Notes: generated by a model not told the origin, from the letters alone. DNA of 64,000 nt from Desulfobacterales bacterium (GCA_046483495.1 JAWODC010000064.1:1-64000), one strand, 5' to 3'; shown: positions 19,401-29,561, numbered from the stretch's first letter. Program-made: numbers and translations.

Positions 19401-21428
19401 ATGTCTGATAAAGAAACAAAAGTTGAAAAAAAAGTAAAGGTAGCCGATCCTGTTGCAGCTTCAATCGATACGGCCACCCAACAGATGATTCGCCGTGCGC
19501 AGGAGCTGAATATCGATACAGCTTTTGACCGCGCGGTAACCATGAAGCCCTGTAATATCGGCAATCAGGGAACCTGCTGCAAAAACTGCGGCATGGGCCC
19601 CTGCAGGCTTCCGCTGCCAAAGGATTATGACCCGGAAAACGATAACCGTAAAGGCATTTGCGGCGCTTCGGCTAACACCATTGCAGCGAGAAACTTCGTC
19701 CGCATGATCGCGGGCGGCGCTTCGGCCCATTCGGATCACGGCCGCTGCGTGGCGGAGGTGTTTATGTCGGCCGCCAGAAAAGAAACCGACGCTTACCGAA
19801 TTAAAGACATCAACAAACTGCTCGAGGTGGCATCCGCTCTCGGCATTGCCACGACGGTCGAAAAAGAGGGTGAAACGGTCGACCGGGATACCGATGAAAT
19901 CGCCCTGGAAGTGGCTGAGATAGCCTTGAATGAATGGGGAAAAGCCGAAGGAAGCCTTCTTTACATGAATCGCGCCCCCCAGGCACGCCAGGAGGTATGG
20001 AAAAAGCACGGCGTCATCCCCCGGAACATCGACCGGGAAGTCGTGGAAATCATGCACCGCACTCATATCGGCGTCGACCAGGATTATAAAAATCTCATGA
20101 AACAAGGCACCCGGTGCGCCCTGGCCGACGGATGGGGAGGCTCCATGCTGGCAACGGATCTGCAGGATATCCTTTTCGGCACGCCCTACCCGGTGGTATC
20201 CGAGGCAAACCTCGGCGTCATGAAGCAAGATCATGTGAATATCGTCATTCACGGCCATGAACCCGTTTTGTCCGAAATGATCGTCGCGGTCGCCCAGACC
20301 AAGGAGATGATCGATCTTGCCAAGCAGCAGGGCGCCAAGGGGATCCAGCTTTCCGGCATCTGCTGCACGGCCAATGAAATTCTCCAGCGCCACGGCGTGC
20401 CCCTGTGCGGAACGTTTTTGCAGCAGGAGATGGCCATCATTACCGGCGCCTGCGACGCCATGGTGGTTGATATTCAGTGCATTTTCCAGAATCTTGCCAA
20501 TGTGGCAAAATGCTTCCATACCAAGCTGATCACCACCCATCCCATTGCCCGGATGGAACAGGAAAATGTCATCCATGTGGAATTCGACGAACATCATGCC
20601 ATCGAGGACGCCAAAAAAATCGTGAAGATGGCGATCGAAAATTACAATAACAGGCGCTCCGAAGTCATGATTCCCAAACAGAAGTCTCCGCTGGTCGCAG
20701 GCTTCGGCGTGGAATCCATCAACTACCATCTCGGCGGCACCTTCCGCGGCACGTTCTACACATTGAACGACAATATCATCAACGGCCGCATTCGAGGCAT
20801 CGGCGGCGTCGTGGGATGCAACAACGCCAGGACACGGCACAATGAAGGCCACCTGGAGGTGGTGAAGGAATTGATCAAAAACGATGTCATCGTATTGACC
20901 ACCGGGTGCAATGCCATTGCATGCGCCATGGAAGGTCTCCTGACGCCTGAATCGGCGGCCGTCTATTGCGGCCCGGGTCTTGCCGAAATCTGCGAGACCG
21001 TGGGTATTCCGCCGGTGCTTCATCTGGGGTCATGCGTGGACAACAGCCGGATTCTGCTGGCGGCCACCGAAGTGGTAAATGCCGGCGGGTTAGGCAACGA
21101 CATCAGCGATTTGCCGGCCGCCGGAAGCGCACCGGAATGGATGAGCGAGAAGGCCATCAGCATCGGCCATTATTTTGTCGCCTCCGGTGTATATACGGTT
21201 TTCGGCGTTACGCTGCCGGTATCGGGTGCCCCCGTTTTTCAAAAATATCTGTTCGAAGAGTTTGAAAAGCTATACGGCGGCATGTGGGACCTCGTGGTAG
21301 ACCCCATTGAACACGCCCGGAAGATGATCGCCCATATCGACAAGAAAAGAAAAGCGCTCGGCATCGACAAGGCCCGAGAACGCGTTCTGATGGATATGGC
21401 GGACCGCCAGAAACTGGATGTGGCATAA
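19401..21428 (+). CDS. cooS: Anaerobic Ni-CO dehydrogenase catalytic subunit (AcsA/CooS)
   Basis: PC..G..G.CCKNC.MGPCR, HGHEP, GICCT, DIQC, GCNN, TGC, GSCVDN ligands. Confidence 0.97.
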   Translation: MSDKETKVEKKVKVADPVAASIDTATQQMIRRAQELNIDTAFDRAVTMKPCNIGNQGTCCKNCGMGPCRLPLPKDYDPENDNRKGICGASANTIAARNFVRMIAGGASAHSDHGRCVAEVFMSAARKETDAYRIKDINKLLEVASALGIATTVEKEGETVDRDTDEIALEVAEIALNEWGKAEGSLLYMNRAPQARQEVWKKHGVIPRNIDREVVEIMHRTHIGVDQDYKNLMKQGTRCALADGWGGSMLATDLQDILFGTPYPVVSEANLGVMKQDHVNIVIHGHEPVLSEMIVAVAQTKEMIDLAKQQGAKGIQLSGICCTANEILQRHGVPLCGTFLQQEMAIITGACDAMVVDIQCIFQNLANVAKCFHTKLITTHPIARMEQENVIHVEFDEHHAIEDAKKIVKMAIENYNNRRSEVMIPKQKSPLVAGFGVESINYHLGGTFRGTFYTLNDNIINGRIRGIGGVVGCNNARTRHNEGHLEVVKELIKNDVIVLTTGCNAIACAMEGLLTPESAAVYCGPGLAEICETVGIPPVLHLGSCVDNSRILLAATEVVNAGGLGNDISDLPAAGSAPEWMSEKAISIGHYFVASGVYTVFGVTLPVSGAPVFQKYLFEEFEKLYGGMWDLVVDPIEHARKMIAHIDKKRKALGIDKARERVLMDMADRQKLDVA

Positions 21429-21485
21429 CGGAATTCAATCTGAACATCGAAAGAACCTATCAAATCCTCAACGAAGGAGGAACAT

Positions 21486-23699
21486 ATGTCGAAGTTAGTC
21501 GCATTTGCCGCCATTCAAGGTGGTTATAATATTGTCTCACAAGTGCAGGGCGAATACAAAAAAGCCCTTGAAACGTATAATGCGGACACGAAGGTGGGGT
21601 TTCCGAACACCGCTTATTATCTTCCGGTGATTTATTCCCTGCTCGGAATAAAAGTAGAAACGCTCGAAGACATAAAAAAGCCGATGGAAGTCGCCCGCAA
21701 GCTGCTTCCCCCCCATGTAAAAGGGGCGAATCATCTTCCTTACCTCGGGCCTTTGTTGGATGCAGGTATGGCCGCACTTTTCGCCTTCGAAATCAAGGAG
21801 GCCCTTCGCTACTTGAATGATCCGGATTTTTACTACTATTCGGAAGAAACGGATATCGAAAACGGCAAGCTCTGGCTGGGCCCGGCCGATGACGTCGTGT
21901 TCAGAAAACGCGGCGTCGAGTTCGTGGACGGTTCCGCTCCGGGGTTCGCCGCAATCGTCGGAGCGGCCCCGGACCCGGAAATCGCCAAGATGATTGTCGA
22001 AGAATACCAAAAACGGAACCTGTATATATTCCTGGCTGCCAGCCATAATGGAACTACGGTGGCCGAACAGCTGGTGGAAGCCGGGGTCCAGGTGGGATGG
22101 AACACTCGTATCGTCCCCTTCGGCCCGTTTATTTCATCGGCTATTTTCGCCTTGGGGTTCGCCAACCGTGCGGCCATGGCATTCGGCGGCATTCAGCCGG
22201 GTGATTACCGGCGGATGCTTATGTACAACAAGGCCCGAATTTTCGCCTTCGTGAACGCATTGGGCGATGTCGGAACCGAATGGGCGGCGGCGGCGGCGGG
22301 ATGCGTCAACTGGGGCTTCCCGACCCTGGCCGATACGGATATTCCCGAAATCCTGCCCACGGGCATCTGCACCTATGAACACGTGGTGGCCAATGTTCCG
22401 CATGATGAAATCGTTCAGCGCTCCGTTGAAGTCCGCGGACTCAAGGTTCAGGTTTCCAGCATCGACATCCCCTTGGCTTTCGGGCCGGCCTACGAAGGTG
22501 AACGCGTGCGCGGCGCTGATCTGTACTGCCAGATGGGCGGCGGCAAAACCCAATGCACCGAGCTGGTGAAAATGGCCGAAATGAACGAAATCGAAGACGG
22601 CAAAGTCACGGTCGTCGGCAAAGACATCGGCGATCTGAAAGAAGGCGGCATTCTGCCTCTGGGCATCTATGTCCAGGTTGCCGGCCGTGAAATGCAGACG
22701 GATTTCGAGCCGATTCTGGAGCGCCAGATTCACCATCTGGTAAACTACATTCAGGGCATTATGCATATCGGACAGCGGGATATCTCCTGGATTCGGGTAA
22801 GCAAGCAGGCCGTGGAAAAGGGGTTTACCATCAAGGATATCGGTATTGTGCTGCATGCCAAGTTTCACCAGGATTTTTCCAACATCCTGGATAAGGTCGA
22901 GGTTACCCTGTATACCGGCAAAGAAGATGTGGACAAGCTCACCAAGAGGGCACGGGAGGAGTATAAGACGAGGGATGAGCGCGTTGACCAAATGACCGAC
23001 GAGGGTGAGGAAATCTTCTACTCCTGCACGCTGTGCCAGTCTTTTGCGCCGAACCATGTATGTACGGTCAGTCCCGAGCGCACCGGACTTTGCGGCGCCT
23101 ACAACTGGATGGACTGCAAGGCCTCTTATGAAATCAATCCCACCGGGCCCAACCAGCCCATCGAAAAGGGGGAGTGTTTGGATCCCAAACTGGGCCAGTG
23201 GAAAGGGGTCAACGAATTTGTCTCAAAGGCCAGCCGGGGCGCCGTCACTCATTATAATTTTTACTCCCTGGTCCATGACCCCATGACCACCTGCGGATGC
23301 TGCGAGGCGATTGCCGCCATGCTGCCGTCCTGCAACGGTGTCATGACCGTCAACCGGGAATACACGGGGGAAACACCCTGCGGCATGAAATTCACCACAC
23401 TGGCCGGTGTGATGGGCGGCGGCGCGTCCTCTCCGGGCTTTGTCGGCCATTCCAAATACAACATCACCCAGCGAAAATTCATCACCGGTGATGGTGGACT
23501 TCTCAGGATGGTATGGATGCCCAAGATGCTCAAGGAAGAAATCAAGGAGCGGCTCATCGCCCGCGGCAAGGAGCTGGGGGTACCGGATCTGTATGACAAG
23601 ATTGCCGATGAAACCGTCGGAACGACGGAAGAAGAAATTCTGCCGTTTCTCCAGGAGAAGGACCACCCGGCGCTTTCCATGGATCCGATCATCGGATAA
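21486..23699 (+). CDS. acsB: Acetyl-CoA synthase subunit
   Basis: CTLCQSFAPNHVC..SPER.GLCGA, PMTTCGCCEA. Confidence 0.97.
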   Translation: MSKLVAFAAIQGGYNIVSQVQGEYKKALETYNADTKVGFPNTAYYLPVIYSLLGIKVETLEDIKKPMEVARKLLPPHVKGANHLPYLGPLLDAGMAALFAFEIKEALRYLNDPDFYYYSEETDIENGKLWLGPADDVVFRKRGVEFVDGSAPGFAAIVGAAPDPEIAKMIVEEYQKRNLYIFLAASHNGTTVAEQLVEAGVQVGWNTRIVPFGPFISSAIFALGFANRAAMAFGGIQPGDYRRMLMYNKARIFAFVNALGDVGTEWAAAAAGCVNWGFPTLADTDIPEILPTGICTYEHVVANVPHDEIVQRSVEVRGLKVQVSSIDIPLAFGPAYEGERVRGADLYCQMGGGKTQCTELVKMAEMNEIEDGKVTVVGKDIGDLKEGGILPLGIYVQVAGREMQTDFEPILERQIHHLVNYIQGIMHIGQRDISWIRVSKQAVEKGFTIKDIGIVLHAKFHQDFSNILDKVEVTLYTGKEDVDKLTKRAREEYKTRDERVDQMTDEGEEIFYSCTLCQSFAPNHVCTVSPERTGLCGAYNWMDCKASYEINPTGPNQPIEKGECLDPKLGQWKGVNEFVSKASRGAVTHYNFYSLVHDPMTTCGCCEAIAAMLPSCNGVMTVNREYTGETPCGMKFTTLAGVMGGGASSPGFVGHSKYNITQRKFITGDGGLLRMVWMPKMLKEEIKERLIARGKELGVPDLYDKIADETVGTTEEEILPFLQEKDHPALSMDPIIG

Positions 23700-23709
23700 C
23701 CGGGTATTT

Positions 23710-23744
23710 ACGGGTTTAAACGGCTTGCCGCTGTTTAAACCCGT
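23710..23744. other. 15-bp intergenic hairpin between acsB and acsC with no U-tract
   Basis: ACGGGTTTAAACGGC-TTGCC-GCTGTTTAAACCCGT. Confidence 0.7.
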
Positions 23745-23794
23745 TAGTAATCCATCAACCAGAAGCTATACGTGGAAACAATAAGGAGACGAAA

Positions 23795-25135
23795 ATGGCA
23801 TTAACCGGTATACAGATATTTAAACTCCTGCCGAAAACCAACTGCAAGGAATGCGGTGTTCCCACCTGCCTTGCATTCGCAATGAACCTTGCCTCCGGAA
23901 AAGCTGAACTGGACAGTTGCCCTTACGTGTCCGACGAGGCCAGGGAGAAGCTTGCCGAAGCCTCAGCCCCTCCCATACGGCCGGTCGTTATCGGAAAAGG
24001 GGTTCGCAAGGCCGCTACGGGTGGTGAAACGGTCCAATACAGGCACGAGAAAACATTTTATAATCCAACACCTCTTGCCGCACTGGTCGGCTCGGATATT
24101 TCCCGGGAGGACCTCGAAACCAAGCTCAAGATCTATAATGCGCTTCAATATGAACGCGTGGGGCTGAACCTGAGGCCCGAGCTCATTGCCCTGAAAGACG
24201 TCGGCGGCAACGGCGATGCATTTGCGGCGGCCGCAAAAACCATCGCGGAAAAATCGGAATTCAATCTCATTTTAATGACGGAAAATCTCGACGTTATGAA
24301 AGCCGGAATCGATGCCTGCGGGTTCAAACGGCCGCTGCTCTATGCGGCCAAGGAAAGCAATCTTGACGATTTCGGTGCACTGGCAAAAGAAAAGGATCTC
24401 CCGCTTGCCGTCAAAGGGGATTCCCTGGAGGCCGTGGCCGGCATGACGTCGAAACTGATGGAAATGGGGTTGAAAGACCTGGTGATCGACAGCGGTGCAA
24501 GGGATCTCAAGACGGCCTTGAGTGATTCCATTGCCGCAAGACGTGCTGCGTTGAAGGATTTGAACCGTGCCGTAGGTTTTCCGACGATTACCTTTCCTTG
24601 TGAAATGGCGGATAATCTGGATGTGGAAACGCTCCTTGCCGCTACGTTTATCGCCAAATACGGCGGCATCACGGTCCTGTCGGATTTCAAAGGAGAGAGC
24701 CTTTTCCCGCTGCTGCTCGAACGATTGAATATTTTCACCGATCCCCAGCGGCCGATGACCGTGACGGAGGGCATTTACGAAATCAACAGCCCGGATGAAA
24801 ATTCACCGGTGCTGGTGACCACGAATTTTGCCTTAACCTACTTTATCGTATCCGGTGAAATCGAGGCCAGCAAAGTGCCGACATGGCTGTTGATCAAGGA
24901 CTCGGAAGGCCTGTCCGTTTTGACGGCCTGGGCGGCCGGTAAATTTTCCGGCGATGATGTCGGTATGTTCGTTAAAAAATGCGGCATCGCGGATAAGGTA
25001 AAGCATCAGGAACTCGTTATTCCCGGCTATGCCGCCGCTATCGTCGGCGATGTCGAAGAAGAACTTCCTGGATGGACAATCACGGTCGGCCCCAGGGAAG
25101 CAGCCCATATCCCGGCTTTTTTGAAATCAAAATAA
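23795..25135 (+). CDS. acsC: Corrinoid Fe-S protein large subunit
   Basis: LPKTNCKECGVPTCLAFA, IFTDPQRP, TTNFALTYF, GPREA. Confidence 0.97.
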   Translation: MALTGIQIFKLLPKTNCKECGVPTCLAFAMNLASGKAELDSCPYVSDEAREKLAEASAPPIRPVVIGKGVRKAATGGETVQYRHEKTFYNPTPLAALVGSDISREDLETKLKIYNALQYERVGLNLRPELIALKDVGGNGDAFAAAAKTIAEKSEFNLILMTENLDVMKAGIDACGFKRPLLYAAKESNLDDFGALAKEKDLPLAVKGDSLEAVAGMTSKLMEMGLKDLVIDSGARDLKTALSDSIAARRAALKDLNRAVGFPTITFPCEMADNLDVETLLAATFIAKYGGITVLSDFKGESLFPLLLERLNIFTDPQRPMTVTEGIYEINSPDENSPVLVTTNFALTYFIVSGEIEASKVPTWLLIKDSEGLSVLTAWAAGKFSGDDVGMFVKKCGIADKVKHQELVIPGYAAAIVGDVEEELPGWTITVGPREAAHIPAFLKSK

Positions 25136-25164
25136 GCCGCCGGCTTTTCAAAAAAAAACCGCCT

Positions 25165-25206
25165 TGTTTTCATTGCGGCGTCCTATCCGGCGCTGCAATG
25201 AAAACA
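25165..25206. other. 16-bp intergenic hairpin between acsC and acsE
   Basis: TGTTTTCATTGCGGCG-N10-CGCTGCAATGAAAACA. Confidence 0.7.
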
Positions 25207-25255
25207 GACCACCCCGGCGGTAAGCCGATAAAATCCAACACCGGCAAATAATTCG

Positions 25256-25285
25256 ATTGCCATTTGGCAATGAAACATTTATAAA
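25256..25285 (+). promoter_or_regulatory. Sigma70 promoter for acsE with a palindrome over the -35
   Basis: TTGCCA-N17-TATAAA; ATTGCCA-TT-TGGCAAT inverted repeat at 25256-25271. Confidence 0.55.
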
Positions 25286-25382
25286 AATCCAATCACAGGC
25301 AGGCAAGCCGGGTGTTTTCTAAAATGAACCATTCACGTACCGGGTGGATGAGACCGAATAATTAATGAACGAGGGAGGTACT

Positions 25383-26273
25383 ATGATACTTATCGGTGAA
25401 AGCTTAAATGTCATTTCAAAAAAGATCGGGCAGGCGTTCAAGGAAAGGGATCCAAAACCCATTCAGGAAGAGGCCCTTTTCCAAAAAGAAAAAGGCATGG
25501 ACTATATCGATGTCAACCTCGGCCCGGCCAAAAAGGACGGTGACGAACTGATGCCTTGGGTGGTAAAGACGATTCAAGAAGTCGTACCCGATATTCCCCT
25601 GGTCCTGGATACGTCCAATATCGATGCCATCGATGCCGGACTGGCGGCGGCAAAACCCGCCGGCAAGGCCCATATCATCAACTCCATCATGGTGCGACCC
25701 GAACGGTATGAAAAAATGATACCCGTCGCCGTAAAGCACAATGCCGATTTTATCGCGCTGATGTGGGGACCTGAAGGATTGCCGCGGGATGAAAACGAAC
25801 GCGCCGCACTGTGCGTTGAATTGCTCTACACAGCCAACGAGGCCGGTATTGAAAATGAAAGAATATGGGTTGACGGCATCGTAACCCCCGTCAACATTCA
25901 GCAGCCCCAAGCCATCAGCCTGATGGAATTCAACGGCATGATAGAGGACATTGCACCCGGCGCCAAATCCACATGCGGCCTTTCCAATATCTCGAACGGA
26001 CCTCCCAGCCATTTACGTCCCATTCTGAACCAGACCTATATGGTCATGCTGCAAAAGTACGGCATGATGTCCGTTATCGCGGACCCGTTGGATGACCAGT
26101 TGATTGCTATTGCCAAGGGCAAACGTCAGGATATCGTAGATTTGATCTACAGCGTCATGGAAGGGAATAAGCCGGATATGGCCTCCTTGTCAAAGGAAAT
26201 GCGGGATTACGTAAAAACGACCAATGTCATTTTAGGCAAGACGCTTTATTCGGATTCATGGCTTGAAATATAA
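25383..26273 (+). CDS. acsE: Methyl-THF:corrinoid Fe-S protein methyltransferase
   Basis: MILIGESLN, DVNLG, LDT, IINS, GLSNISNG pterin-binding TIM barrel; GGAGG RBS. Confidence 0.93.
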   Translation: MILIGESLNVISKKIGQAFKERDPKPIQEEALFQKEKGMDYIDVNLGPAKKDGDELMPWVVKTIQEVVPDIPLVLDTSNIDAIDAGLAAAKPAGKAHIINSIMVRPERYEKMIPVAVKHNADFIALMWGPEGLPRDENERAALCVELLYTANEAGIENERIWVDGIVTPVNIQQPQAISLMEFNGMIEDIAPGAKSTCGLSNISNGPPSHLRPILNQTYMVMLQKYGMMSVIADPLDDQLIAIAKGKRQDIVDLIYSVMEGNKPDMASLSKEMRDYVKTTNVILGKTLYSDSWLEI

Positions 26274-26292
26274 CGAATGTAAACAGTAACAC

Positions 26293-26322
26293 GCCCTGCT
26301 TATCATGCGGGGCTTTTTTTTT
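26293..26322 (+). terminator. Rho-independent terminator after acsE
   Basis: GCCCTGC..GCGGGGC followed by a T-run. Confidence 0.7.
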
Positions 26323-26335
26323 AACGGGATTCAGC

Positions 26336-26968
26336 ATGGCGCGAGTTGACGATTATATCAACGCAAGAAAGCTGGCCAGGGATTCGTTGGCGGACCAATC
26401 GATCGACGATATCAGCCGACGCTCCGGGTTTGATATTATAAGCGGGAATAGTTTATTTGTCCCATTTTTGGACAGGCGATATCATATCGTGTTCCCGGAT
26501 ATGCAGTTTGTCGATGCATCCGATGAAACGGCCGAAATCCCGATTCAGGAGCAGGTGCTGATTCTTCATTATCTGTTGGGTGGAGAGGCGTTCGACTCTC
26601 CGCCCGACTGGGTTTCATATCGAGAAATCCCCGGTGCGTCCTTTTACTTCAGCGCGTTTGCTAAGCGTGCCGTCAATCCCTTAAAAAGTGTATTCGGTCA
26701 GAATATCCCCGGGTTGAAGCATGCCGCCGGCGTGTTGAACGCCAATCCTGTGGAACCGGGGGACGCCGCCTTCGAATTCGATGTATTTCCCCGCGTGCCC
26801 CTTCGCTTGATTGTATGGGAAGGTGATGCCGAATTTCCGGCCGAGGCCAATATTCTCTTTCGCGCCGGGGTGGAGAAGATCCTTTCGCCTGAAGACATTG
26901 CCTGGATGGCCGGCATGCTGGTTTATCGATTGATAGCCCTTTCCAAATCTTTTTCAACCGGCATGTAA
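26336..26968 (+). CDS. DUF3786 domain protein
   Basis: LILHYL, WVSYREIPG, FPRVPL..IVWEGD.EFPAEANILF, EDI. Confidence 0.8.
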   Translation: MARVDDYINARKLARDSLADQSIDDISRRSGFDIISGNSLFVPFLDRRYHIVFPDMQFVDASDETAEIPIQEQVLILHYLLGGEAFDSPPDWVSYREIPGASFYFSAFAKRAVNPLKSVFGQNIPGLKHAAGVLNANPVEPGDAAFEFDVFPRVPLRLIVWEGDAEFPAEANILFRAGVEKILSPEDIAWMAGMLVYRLIALSKSFSTGM

Positions 26969-27432
26969 AACTCGATCCACCGGGTGAGTCCTCCCGCAAA
27001 ACAAGAGACCTTCTCATATCCTGCGACGCAAAGCTTTTCAGCCAGTCTCCAGGCCTGGGGACAATCCATATTATTGCAGTAGGTGATCATTGCCGTTTGC
27101 GGATCGAATCGCACCATGAATTCTTCGATTTTTTCGTCAAAATAGTATTCCGGCAGGTTTACAGCGCCTGGAATGTGCCCGGCGAAATAGCTTTCCGGCA
27201 GCCTGGCATCTACGAAGACCGCCGTTTGACCGGTGTACTTTTCAATGGCCTCATCGATATCGACAACATGCAGCGTGCACGCTTCCGTTTGCGGCTCCGG
27301 GGCTTTGCCTCGCCCAAAGAGCGGTATCCCGTCGGGTCTCAATGCGTTTGACACCAACGCCAAAACAACCGCCGCCAATACAATCATTATGGCTTCAAAA
27401 AGTGACCTTCTCAGCATTTCGAACAATTTCAT
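26923..27432 (-). CDS. Membrane-anchored rhodanese-like protein
   Basis: N-terminal TM, FVDAR..Y.AGHIPGA, YCNNMDC, FAGG..W. Confidence 0.8.
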   Translation of the reverse strand: MKLFEMLRRSLFEAIMIVLAAVVLALVSNALRPDGIPLFGRGKAPEPQTEACTLHVVDIDEAIEKYTGQTAVFVDARLPESYFAGHIPGAVNLPEYYFDEKIEEFMVRFDPQTAMITYCNNMDCPQAWRLAEKLCVAGYEKVSCFAGGLTRWIEFYMPVEKDLERAINR

Positions 27433-27582
27433 GTAGTACCCCCCGGGGCGAACGGTACACCGTAAACCGGCTTGAAAGGTTTTTTGCCGCCCTGTCTGCA
27501 AATACGTCTAAATAGAGTATCAACGCGTTGCCCATGTAAGTATTCGAATCCGTATTGCCGGTCTGCAAAAGATAATGTATGT

Positions 27583-27695
27583 ATAAGGGGAGATGTTAAC
27601 TTCCCAGAACCGGCTCCGAAGGTGGACGCTTCGGCCGACTGCCTCATCGGCAAAGGGAGGTTGAGGGCCTTCACGCTAATGTGGACACCCCTTAT
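27583..27695 (+). ncRNA. Candidate structured ncRNA, family not recognised
   Basis: Nested helices ATAAGGGG/CCCCTTAT and TTAACTTCCC/GGGAGGTTGA, two inner hairpins, one 3' hairpin; TTGCCG-N17-TATGTA promoter just upstream. Confidence 0.45.
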
Positions 27696-27708
27696 CCTAT
27701 TTCGAAAA

Positions 27709-28194
27709 ATGGTTCAATATATCTTTTTGGTCGCACTGGGGTTGATTACGGCGATCATCGGCGTTCTCGCTTGTATTCTTCCCATTTTACCGGGTCCCCT
27801 GATCAGTTATTCATCCCTGCTGATTCTGTCATGGGCCCGGGATTGGGAAGCCTTCGGTCTGTATACCCTCATTTTTCTGGGTGGGTTAACGCTGTTTTTT
27901 TCCATCATCGACAACATTATTCCCGTAGTCGGTGCAAAAACATCCGGGGCCGGTCGGCAGGGCGTTTGGGGATCCATTCTCGGAATGGTTATCGGGATTT
28001 TTTTCATGCCGCCTTGGGGGGTCTTTTTGGGAAGCTTTGCCGGTGCCGTAGTCGGGGAGATGCTGTTCGGACTCAAGGGAAGAGATGCCCTGAGGGTCGG
28101 GTGGGGCGTTTTTTTAGGGGGAATGGTGGGAATCGGATTGAAGCTCGCGTTTAGTTTAACGCTGCTTTTTCTTTATGTATATCGCCTATTTTGA
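27709..28194 (+). CDS. DUF456 family membrane protein
   Basis: ILPILPGP, GAKTSGAGRQGVWGSILG, GSFAGAVVGE. Confidence 0.8.
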   Translation: MVQYIFLVALGLITAIIGVLACILPILPGPLISYSSLLILSWARDWEAFGLYTLIFLGGLTLFFSIIDNIIPVVGAKTSGAGRQGVWGSILGMVIGIFFMPPWGVFLGSFAGAVVGEMLFGLKGRDALRVGWGVFLGGMVGIGLKLAFSLTLLFLYVYRLF

Positions 28195-28833
28195 CGTATT
28201 CGATGTGATCGAAAGGCTCGATAACAATTGCGGTCCGGCCTCCCATATCATCACCAGCCCCCGGGTCAAGGCGCCGCACGTCACGATGCAGGGCCTTCGA
28301 ATCCCGAGATGGATCTGATTTCCCGCTGGAAAATCGAGCGATCGGATGTCGGTATCGGCTTTCCATTTGATGGCGGGGGCATGGCTGTGCCCTCGGAAAA
28401 GAATGGTATGGGTATTCTGGGCAAAGAACTTCTGAATCTCATTTTTTCCCATAACCTTTGTAATACAGGAAATGCCGAGTTCCTTGAAAAAAGGGAGAGA
28501 ATGCGCAAAAATGATCTCTCCCGCAGATCGCGTCGGAGGCAGATTTCTGAGAAATGCCAGGCTGTCTTCCGAAACCGGCGTATTCACATTTCCCGTCTGA
28601 TTGATCTCGAGAACATGATCGTTATTACCTTTAACCGCCCACACGCCGTTACCCTGGAGTTGCCGTATGCAAGCCTCACAGGTGTCGGGCTGAAAAGAAT
28701 CACAGATGTCTCCCAAATGGATGATTTGATCACAACGACGGCGTCGCAGAAAAGCAATCGCCTTTTCTATCATTAAGGCGTTTCCGTGGCTGTCTGCCAT
28801 AATTCCCAGGCGATGAAACGTGAACTCATTCAT
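28186..28833 (-). CDS. Metallophosphoesterase (YfcE-like)
   Basis: DSHGN, HLGD, GNND, GHSH. Confidence 0.85.
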   Translation of the reverse strand: MNEFTFHRLGIMADSHGNALMIEKAIAFLRRRRCDQIIHLGDICDSFQPDTCEACIRQLQGNGVWAVKGNNDHVLEINQTGNVNTPVSEDSLAFLRNLPPTRSAGEIIFAHSLPFFKELGISCITKVMGKNEIQKFFAQNTHTILFRGHSHAPAIKWKADTDIRSLDFPAGNQIHLGIRRPCIVTCGALTRGLVMIWEAGPQLLSSLSITSNTSK

Positions 28834-29066
28834 TCCGATTTTTTCCAGTGAGCAACAACCTGCTTCGGCATGAATCTTTATCATAAAACCCTGAAAAGAA
28901 CAAAGCTTGGTGTGTTTTTAAGGTCGTTTATTGAAGAACCCTCAATTACCCTAAAATACCGCGATGGTTTCCGGATGCTGGACCCTGTTTCCAGGCGCTT
29001 TTCCATACCTAATTGGGAGGGATTTTTATTTTCTCGCTATATTTTTAGATTCATTAATTTTTTTTC

Positions 29067-29094
29067 TTGCTATTTGATATCTATTTGGTATAAA
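29067..29094 (+). promoter_or_regulatory. Promoter giving a ~200-nt 5' UTR for the cold-shock gene
   Basis: TTGCTA-N16-TATAAA with TG extension; long leaders are typical of csp genes. Confidence 0.45.
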
Positions 29095-29295
29095 TACTAA
29101 ATTCAAAAATATCTGCCTTGATCATTTCGTATATGCCATTCAATTAATGAATTTCTTTACGTTGATCTATGGCTTAACGCAGGTCGGGCGCTTACTTCTA
29201 TTGGGATACAGGCCTTATTTACGGCAATTTTTAAGGGCCGTTCTTTAGAAGCCGCCTGAAATTAAGTACTTTAAAGGCTTGAAAGGAGATGTATT

Positions 29296-29496
29296 ATGGC
29301 ATTAGGGATTGTGAAGTGGTTTAGTGATAAAAAAGGGTATGGATTTATCGAACAAGAAGAAGGCGGCGATATTTTTGTCCACTATTCCGCGATTAATATG
29401 CCCGGATTCCGAACCCTTGCCGAAGGAGAGCGCGTCAAATTCGATGTCGAGGTTGGAGATCGAGGACCTGCAGCAAAAAATGTTGAAAAAGTATAA
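29296..29496 (+). CDS. cspA: Cold-shock protein
   Basis: [28 protein letters not shown]. Confidence 0.95.
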   Translation: MALGIVKWFSDKKGYGFIEQEEGGDIFVHYSAINMPGFRTLAEGERVKFDVEVGDRGPAAKNVEKV

Positions 29497-29515
29497 CCTG
29501 CATTACATCCGCTGG

Positions 29516-29561
29516 AAAAGGCATCTTGCCCTGAAAAAAGGGGGGAGATGCCTTTTTTTTT
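29516..29561 (+). terminator. Rho-independent terminator after csp
   Basis: AAAAGGCATCT...AGATGCCTTTT plus T-run. Confidence 0.8.

Noticed and set aside
19461..21023. Long antisense ORFs (520 aa opposite cooS; others at 10790-11722, 22134-23057, 44984-45835, 53070-53909)
   Set aside because: Shadow frames of well-supported genes caused by codon bias; no motifs.
27587..27690. Fluoride (crcB) riboswitch (GGAGATG...AACCG...GCTAATG)
   Set aside because: The pseudoknot pairing is imperfect, the interior is too long, a competing 10-bp helix exists and no fluoride-related gene follows.
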